DNA of 32,000 nucleotides. Source: Methanothermus fervidus DSM 2088. Lineage in GTDB: Archaea > Methanobacteriota > Methanobacteria > DSM-2088 > Methanothermaceae. The DNA lies in the NCBI GenBank assembly GCA_000166095.1, contig CP002278.1:990001-1022000 (forward strand). Reading direction: 5' to 3'. The notes under the pieces were generated by a model. It ran no database searches. It saw only the letters and a program-made list of their open reading frames with translations, and was not told where the DNA came from. The position numbers and the translations under genes were made by a program. Below, one piece after another: positions 26,249 to 32,000 of the stretch (within the stretch, counting starts at the first letter, position 1; each line of letters opens with the position of its first letter).

Positions 26249-29167
26249 TTACCAGATGTCTACTGTACCATTCTTGTTTGTGAATCTTGTTGTGTCTTTA
26301 ATTGTTGTTCTTGGTGGTATGTCTTTGGATATTATTTTGACTTGTGATGCACAACCTTCAATGTTGTATTTTGCATATAAATCAACTGACATGTAGTTTC
26401 TTCCTGTGTTTGTGAATACTGCTGTTGTTGATACTGCGTAGGTGTCTGGATATTTACCTAGATCTATTGTTGTTTCTTGTCCAGCATTCAATGTTATTGT
26501 TAATTCCTTGTAGTATACTTTAGTTCCATTAACTGGATTTGTGTAAACTGATATGTAGTATTTGAATGTTATTGTTGATGTTCCTGTATTTCTTAATATT
26601 ATTGAGAATGTCTTATTCTGGACTACAGGAGTTGGCGTTGGTACAACTGGTGTTGTTACATTCACTGTAACTGGTGTTAAGTTTCCTATTGTAACGTTGT
26701 AGGTTCCAGCTTGTGTTAAGGTGTAAGATAGGCTTACAGTTGTTGAGTTTCCTGGACCTACTGTTACTGTTGTTTGATTTACAGCATTGTTATTCACATA
26801 TAATGTTGCTGTGTAGTTTCCAGCTGTTCCTCCAGTGTTTGTAACTTTTGCTGTTGCAGTTATTGTTAGTGGTGCAACTCCAGATGTTGGAGTGACTGTT
26901 AAGTTGCTTAGTGTGAAGTTTGCTGGTGTTGTTACAGTTACTGTAACTGGTGGTAAGACATCTGTTACATTTGTTCCTATTGTAACGTTGTAGGTTCCTG
27001 CTTGTGTTAAGGTGTAAGTGAATGTTATTGGAACTGTTGTATTATTTCCAACTGTTAATGCCCGGCTTGCAACTGCAGCACCATTCACATATAATGTTGC
27101 TGTCACATTAACAGGTGTTGAGTATTTGTTTGTGAAGTTTGCTGTTGCTGTAATGTTTAATGGTGCAACTCCAGATGTTGGTGTAACTACTAAGTTGCTT
27201 AGGACATAGTTTGGATCGTAGACTTTAACTGTTACATTTGATGTTGGTAATATTGTTGTAACATTTGTACCCATCATTATTGTATGAGTTCCTACACCTA
27301 AGTTTGGATAGTTGAATGTTATTGGAAGTGTTGAATTTGCAGGAACTGTAATTGTTTGATTTGCAACTGCTGAACCATCAATGTAGAGTATAGCTGTCAC
27401 ATTAACAGGTGTTGAGTATTTGTTTGTGAAGTTTGCTGTTGCTGTAATGTTTAATGGTGCAACTCCAGATGTTGGTGTAACTACTAAGTTGCTTAGGACA
27501 TAGTTTGGATCGTAGACTGTTATATTCATTGTTTTATTCTGTATCATGTTTAGATTGTTATCTAACAATGTAACATTTAATGTGTAAGTACCTGGTGATT
27601 GTATGTATGGGTAGAAGTAATATGTAATTGTTTGTGGTGTTGGTGCATTTATATTCACTGTTGTATTTGCATTATATACTACATTAGTTGCATTAATAGT
27701 AACATTTAGATATCCTGTGAAGTTAGCACTTGTCACAGGAACTGCCACTGTAATTTGTCCAGGATATATTGTTGTTGGTGATACAGTGATGTCACCAAGT
27801 GCAACCATACCTACAGTTACTGGTACAATATTAGTTGTGCAGTTCCAAGGTTGACCAGCTATTGTTGCATTAACATATACATATATGTTGTAAGTTCCTG
27901 TTTGGTTTAATGTGTAAGTGAATGTTATTGGAAGTGTTGAATTTGCAGGAACTGTAATTGTTTGATTTGCAACAGGAGTACCGTTTACATTTAAGAATGC
28001 TGTGTAATTCCAGGCTAGACCACCAGTGTTTGTGATGTTACATGTTGCAGTTATTGTTAGTGGTGCAATTCCAGATGTTGGAGTGACTGTTAAGTTGCTT
28101 AAGGTAGCATATGGTGGATTTAAAACTGTGACTGTAACGGTGTTACCCTTCACAACTGTTGTACCATTTGTTGCCCAGACACTTACTGTATGATTACCTA
28201 CTTCTGAGAATTGATATGTTTGATTGTATGTCCATATTACTCCAGCAGTACTACAACCTTGTTGGAAAGCAGTTCCCCATAATGCATTACCGTCATACAC
28301 TAAAGTAGCATTTTTAGTGTCAGTTAGATCATTTGTTATAGTTGCACTGATGGTACATGTTGTATTCTTAAATACTGTAATAGTTGTGTTTGAACTTGTT
28401 GGCTGTCCTGTTTGAAGATTTGGAGCGGTAACTGTTACATTATAAACTTTTGTAGGTGGTGCACTTACAGTTACTGTCACATTATTGGTTGTGTAGGTGT
28501 AAGTTATACCAACTATTGTTGTAGTGACAGTTATATTTATGTTGTTAGTTCCTATTTGGCTTAATTGGTTTAATGTGTAAGTGAATGTTATTGGAAGTGT
28601 TGAATTTGCAGGAACTGTAATTGTTTGATTTGCAACAGGAGTACCGTTTACATTTAAGAATGCTGTGTAATTCCAGGCTAGACCACCAGTGTTTGTGATG
28701 TTACATGTTGCAGTTATTGTTAGTGGTGCAATTCCAGATGTTGGAGTGACTGTTAAGTTGCTTAAGGTAGCATATGGTGGATCTACAACTGTAACATTAA
28801 CGATGTTACCATATACGGTGTTTGTACTATTTGTTGCCATCACAGTTACTGTATGATTACCTGTTTGTGTGAATGTATAGTTATTGTATGTGTATGTGTA
28901 TGGGTATGTAGTAATGTTAGTTACAGTAGTAGTATTAACTGGACTATTATCCACTACTAAAGTAGCATTTGATACTTCATTTACTGTAGTATTTGTTATA
29001 GTTGCACTAATATTACATGGTGTATTCTTAAATACTGTAATACTTGTGTTTGAACTTGTTGGCTGTCCTGTTTGAAGATTTGGAGCGGCAACTGTTACAT
29101 TACTAACATTTACAGCAGAAGCTACGCCTGCTAGCGCAAATACTGCCAGCACCATTGCCAGCAGCAT
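26249..29167 (-). CDS. Large secreted surface protein with repeated CARDB/Ig-like domains and C-terminal TVDIW module
   Basis: ~972 aa; N-terminal signal MLLAMVLAVFALAGVASA; repeated NLTVTPTSGIAPLTITATCNITNTGG modules; very dense N-x-S/T sequons; no C-terminal TM helix. The true start may be upstream, at ATT 29182. Confidence 0.85.
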   Translation of the reverse strand: MLLAMVLAVFALAGVASAVNVSNVTVAAPNLQTGQPTSSNTSITVFKNTPCNISATITNTTVNEVSNATLVVDNSPVNTTTVTNITTYPYTYTYNNYTFTQTGNHTVTVMATNSTNTVYGNIVNVTVVDPPYATLSNLTVTPTSGIAPLTITATCNITNTGGLAWNYTAFLNVNGTPVANQTITVPANSTLPITFTYTLNQLSQIGTNNINITVTTTIVGITYTYTTNNVTVTVSAPPTKVYNVTVTAPNLQTGQPTSSNTTITVFKNTTCTISATITNDLTDTKNATLVYDGNALWGTAFQQGCSTAGVIWTYNQTYQFSEVGNHTVSVWATNGTTVVKGNTVTVTVLNPPYATLSNLTVTPTSGIAPLTITATCNITNTGGLAWNYTAFLNVNGTPVANQTITVPANSTLPITFTYTLNQTGTYNIYVYVNATIAGQPWNCTTNIVPVTVGMVALGDITVSPTTIYPGQITVAVPVTSANFTGYLNVTINATNVVYNANTTVNINAPTPQTITYYFYPYIQSPGTYTLNVTLLDNNLNMIQNKTMNITVYDPNYVLSNLVVTPTSGVAPLNITATANFTNKYSTPVNVTAILYIDGSAVANQTITVPANSTLPITFNYPNLGVGTHTIMMGTNVTTILPTSNVTVKVYDPNYVLSNLVVTPTSGVAPLNITATANFTNKYSTPVNVTATLYVNGAAVASRALTVGNNTTVPITFTYTLTQAGTYNVTIGTNVTDVLPPVTVTVTTPANFTLSNLTVTPTSGVAPLTITATAKVTNTGGTAGNYTATLYVNNNAVNQTTVTVGPGNSTTVSLSYTLTQAGTYNVTIGNLTPVTVNVTTPVVPTPTPVVQNKTFSIILRNTGTSTITFKYYISVYTNPVNGTKVYYKELTITLNAGQETTIDLGKYPDTYAVSTTAVFTNTGRNYMSVDLYAKYNIEGCASQVKIISKDIPPRTTIKDTTRFTNKNGTVDIW
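27099..27224. repeat. Direct repeat A copy 1 (126 bp, perfect)
   Basis: Identical by eye to 27393-27518, offset 294 bp (98 codons), within the surface-protein gene. Confidence 0.88.
27393..27518. repeat. Direct repeat A copy 2 (126 bp, perfect)
   Basis: Identical by eye to 27099-27224. Confidence 0.88.
27902..28119. repeat. Direct repeat B copy 1 (218 bp, perfect)
   Basis: Identical by eye to 28565-28782, offset 663 bp (221 codons). Confidence 0.88.
28565..28782. repeat. Direct repeat B copy 2 (218 bp, perfect)
   Basis: Identical by eye to 27902-28119. Confidence 0.88.
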
Positions 29168-29327
29168 TAAATTTCTCCTAATATTTTCACCTCCAAATTC
29201 CCTTTTTATTCACAAGATAGCCTTATGAAAACTTCATATATTTAAAATTTTCGGTATTTTCACATTCTATACACTTTATATTTTAAAAAAATTGTTCAAA
29301 TTTTGTGAACACTACACATAATAAAAA

Positions 29328-30458
29328 CTAAATACATTGTTCATACACTTTCATAGTTTCCTTAACAACATTATCCCATGTAAATTTTGATAAAGCAAAT
29401 TTACGAACTTTAGATCTTGAATTATAACTAAGCAATTCTTTTAATGCCTTAACCAATTCATTGACATCATAATTAATTATCCTACCAACTTCATCATTTA
29501 TCCATTCTGAAATTCCACAATATTTTGTAACAATAACTGGAGTTCCGCATACCATAGCCTCAAGTACAACATTCCCAAAAGATTCATAATAATCCTTTGA
29601 TGGTAAAACAAAAACGTCCGCATCAGTATAAGCCTCAATTTTTTCCTTTCCATAAATAGGACCTGTTAAAACAACCTTCTTATCTATTTTTTTAATTAAT
29701 TTTTTTAGTTTTCCAAGATAATGATCATCAGGGCCTGCAATAACTAATGTTACATCTTCATTGTTAAGCTTGGAATAAGCCTTAATAAGTAAATCCAACC
29801 CTTTTCTTTCATGAATTCTTCCTAAATACAAAATCATTTTGCCTTCAATACCAAATTTTTTCTTAAATCTACCTTTTTTAGGTAATTCCCATGGATTAAT
29901 ACCATTAGGAATATGAACTACACGACTCATATTTACTTTTGGAAATACTTTCTTATATTGCCTAGATTCAATTTTAGATGATGCAATAATCCTACAAGCA
30001 TTATAGAATATCTTTGATCCAATAAAATCAAATATCTTTTTCCTAATTGTTTTTGAGAATCTTGGTGCTGAACCTCTTGGCTGCAATACATAAGGAACAT
30101 TATATTTTCTTGCATAATAATAAGCAACTAAAGCTAAGAAATTACGGAACTCATGTATATGAACAATATCATAATCCTTAATCTCTTTTCTAGCAACTAT
30201 TGGCATATAATAAGGTAGCGGGATGTTATGTGAAGATAAGAACATAGACAAATTTCTAAAATAATAAACATTGATGCCATCAACATTGATAGCTCTATTC
30301 TTAACAACATTAATTCTCCTCTTAAATCCGTCTGTTGTATAAACAGTTACATCATGACCTAATTTAGCTTGCCTATAACTTATTTCATATACAGATCTTG
30401 GAGGTCCTCCAGCTTCCCAAGATGGTTTAAAATATGGAACAACGTGAAGAATCTTCAT
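29328..30458 (-). CDS. Glycosyltransferase family 4
   Basis: MKILHVVPYFKPSWEAGGPPRSVYEISYRQAKLGHDVTVYT...DVFVLPSKDYYESFGNVVLEAMVCGTPVIVTKYCG. Start at internal Met 30458 preferred over 30494. Confidence 0.9.
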   Translation of the reverse strand: MKILHVVPYFKPSWEAGGPPRSVYEISYRQAKLGHDVTVYTTDGFKRRINVVKNRAINVDGINVYYFRNLSMFLSSHNIPLPYYMPIVARKEIKDYDIVHIHEFRNFLALVAYYYARKYNVPYVLQPRGSAPRFSKTIRKKIFDFIGSKIFYNACRIIASSKIESRQYKKVFPKVNMSRVVHIPNGINPWELPKKGRFKKKFGIEGKMILYLGRIHERKGLDLLIKAYSKLNNEDVTLVIAGPDDHYLGKLKKLIKKIDKKVVLTGPIYGKEKIEAYTDADVFVLPSKDYYESFGNVVLEAMVCGTPVIVTKYCGISEWINDEVGRIINYDVNELVKALKELLSYNSRSKVRKFALSKFTWDNVVKETMKVYEQCI

Positions 30459-30459
30459 T

Positions 30460-31620
30460 TTATCTTTCCAATAAATTTTTAAGTATTTTTTCAAATTTGT
30501 CAGTTATTTTTTCCCAATCTCTTTTCTCTACATACCTTCTAGCCTTAATTCCTTCTTTCTCAATATCTATCTTCCTTGCCAAATCAATTGTCTCCTCAGG
30601 TTTATCCACATAAAATACGCCATTCCCTTTGTTAAATTCCATGACTATTCCAGGTAACCTGGTTGCTATCACAGGCTTTGCCATTGCCATATATTCATAT
30701 ATTTTTATTGGGACTATATCTTGCATTATTTTATGTTTATGAGCTGGTAAAACACAAATATCAGCAGCAGCTAAAAATTTTGGTATCTCATCATATTTTT
30801 TCCTACCAGTGAGAATAATTTTGTTGCATTTATTAGCTATTTTCAAAAGATCATCATAGATATCTCCATCACCAACAATCATTAACTTCATATTTACATC
30901 TTTTTTACACAATTCTTCGGCTAACTCTTTTAAACCAGAAAATTCATAAAGATATCCCATAAAAAATAAAAGTAATTCATTATCTTTAATTCCATATTTC
31001 TTTCTTATCTCTCTACCATCTAAACTTAAATCAAATTTACTTAAGTCTATTCCTGCCCCCAATACTTTAGTTTTTTTAGGATTAGACCCTAAATCAATAG
31101 CAAATTGGGCTAAACGCTTGTTTATTGCTAAAACCAAATCTGACTCCTTAATAATTTTTTTCATCAATATTTTTCCAAAAAATTGTAAATAATTTTCAGG
31201 AATAAGCCTATATAAAACATCTATTAAGTAATAAACAAAAGGTATGTCATGTTTTTTAGCTTCATGAACTCCTAAAAAAGAATTTAAAATTCCAAAACCC
31301 AATATAACATCAGGATCAAATTCTTTAATTTGCCTTTTTATTTCCTTTTTGTGGAAATAAAGGATAGATATATAATCAAGAATTGGAATCTTTACAATGC
31401 TTGGCCTAATCACTGTAACATTAGCCTCAGGAATTACTTTATGTACATTCCTAAATATTTTCCTTTTTTCAAAAATTTTATATCCTTTCTTTCTATAATC
31501 TATTTCGTAATCAATTACTCTTATCTCATGACCTCTCACTGACAACCTATCAATTAGATGATGCTGTTGATGTGGGTTCCTAGTTATCCAATCTGACTCC
31601 TGTAATAGAAGTATTCTCAT
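30460..31620 (-). CDS. Glycosyltransferase family 4
   Basis: HLIDRLSVRGHEIRVIDYEID...LFFMGYLYEFSGLKELAEEL...DICVLPAHKHKIMQDIVPIKIYEYMAMAKPVIATRLPG. Confidence 0.88.
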   Translation of the reverse strand: MRILLLQESDWITRNPHQQHHLIDRLSVRGHEIRVIDYEIDYRKKGYKIFEKRKIFRNVHKVIPEANVTVIRPSIVKIPILDYISILYFHKKEIKRQIKEFDPDVILGFGILNSFLGVHEAKKHDIPFVYYLIDVLYRLIPENYLQFFGKILMKKIIKESDLVLAINKRLAQFAIDLGSNPKKTKVLGAGIDLSKFDLSLDGREIRKKYGIKDNELLLFFMGYLYEFSGLKELAEELCKKDVNMKLMIVGDGDIYDDLLKIANKCNKIILTGRKKYDEIPKFLAAADICVLPAHKHKIMQDIVPIKIYEYMAMAKPVIATRLPGIVMEFNKGNGVFYVDKPEETIDLARKIDIEKEGIKARRYVEKRDWEKITDKFEKILKNLLER

Positions 31621-31628
31621 TTTTCACC

Positions 31629-32000
31629 TCAAAACTCTGCAGATCTCTTTATTTTATCCCAATTCTCAACAAACCATTTATATGTAATCTCAAGTCCTTC
31701 TCTAAATGAAACTTTTGGTTCATAATCTAGCAATTTCTTAGCTTTTTCAATTGATGACAATAATCTCGTTTTGACATCCCATTCTCTCCTTCCAACATAT
31801 ACAACGCCTGCTTCATTCCCTGTTAATTCATTGACAATTTTTGCTAATTCAATAACCTTATGTTCCTTCCCTGAACCCAGATTTATAGCTTCTCCAATTG
31901 CTTTTTTACGAACACCCATTTTTAATAATCCTCTGACTATATCACCAACAAAGGTCCAATCTCTTGTTTCATTTCCAGTGCCTGTTATTGGAAGTGGTTT
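31629..32000 (-). CDS. NAD-dependent epimerase/dehydratase (UDP-glucose 4-epimerase-like), N-terminus beyond window
   Basis: The reading frame stays open to the window edge: KPLPITGTGNETRDWTFVGDIVRGLLKMGVRKKAIGEAINLGSGKEHKVIELAKIVNELTG. The track ORF 31629-31919 starts at an internal Met. Confidence 0.85.
   Translation of the reverse strand, partial: KPLPITGTGNETRDWTFVGDIVRGLLKMGVRKKAIGEAINLGSGKEHKVIELAKIVNELTGNEAGVVYVGRREWDVKTRLLSSIEKAKKLLDYEPKVSFREGLEITYKWFVENWDKIKRSAEF

Noticed and set aside
27018-29075. Plus-strand ORFs 27018-27209, 28224-28415, 28884-29075
   Set aside because: Mirror frames of the repetitive surface protein; the last two resemble each other only because the sense strand contains duplicated modules.
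26249-29167. Considered whether the periodic repeats represent a CRISPR-like array
   Set aside because: The repeats are long (126-218 bp), in frame with a continuous 972-codon ORF, and encode Ig-like domains; there are no short palindromic repeats with unique spacers and no cas genes.

Overview
AT-rich archaeal window, almost certainly from a methanogenic euryarchaeon: it carries phosphosulfolactate synthase (ComA, coenzyme M pathway), a CofE-like protein, HypC, NikR and TFE. From left to right it contains: (1) a nikR / PRMT-like methyltransferase / hydrogenase maturation protease group, with hypC and a flavoprotein beside it; (2) tfe and an HD-domain gene; (3) a six-gene overlapping minus-strand operon: ArcS C-terminal-like protein, CofE-like protein, 4Fe-4S protein, P-loop GTPase, ABC ATPase, ComA; (4) map, a Wzx-like flippase and a secreted glycosidase-like protein; (5) five tRNAs followed by hjc; (6) a long surface-glycan region with an FkbM methyltransferase, many GT2/GT4 glycosyltransferases, a GT2 pseudogene, a sortase, a UPF0104/AglD-like membrane protein and a partial epimerase, interrupted by nrdD; (7) a ~970-aa repetitive, sequon-rich secreted protein. 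The strongest observations are: a ~117-aa C-terminal module ending in TRFTNKxxTVDIW that is shared by the two large secreted proteins; long perfect DNA repeats inside the surface-protein gene; two genes with no canonical start codon where a good reading frame or Shine-Dalgarno implies ATT or ATA initiation; the methanogen-type operon of uncharacterised ATPase and Fe-S genes attached to comA; and a multiply frameshifted GT2 pseudogene. No CRISPR array, transposon or obvious defence system was seen.
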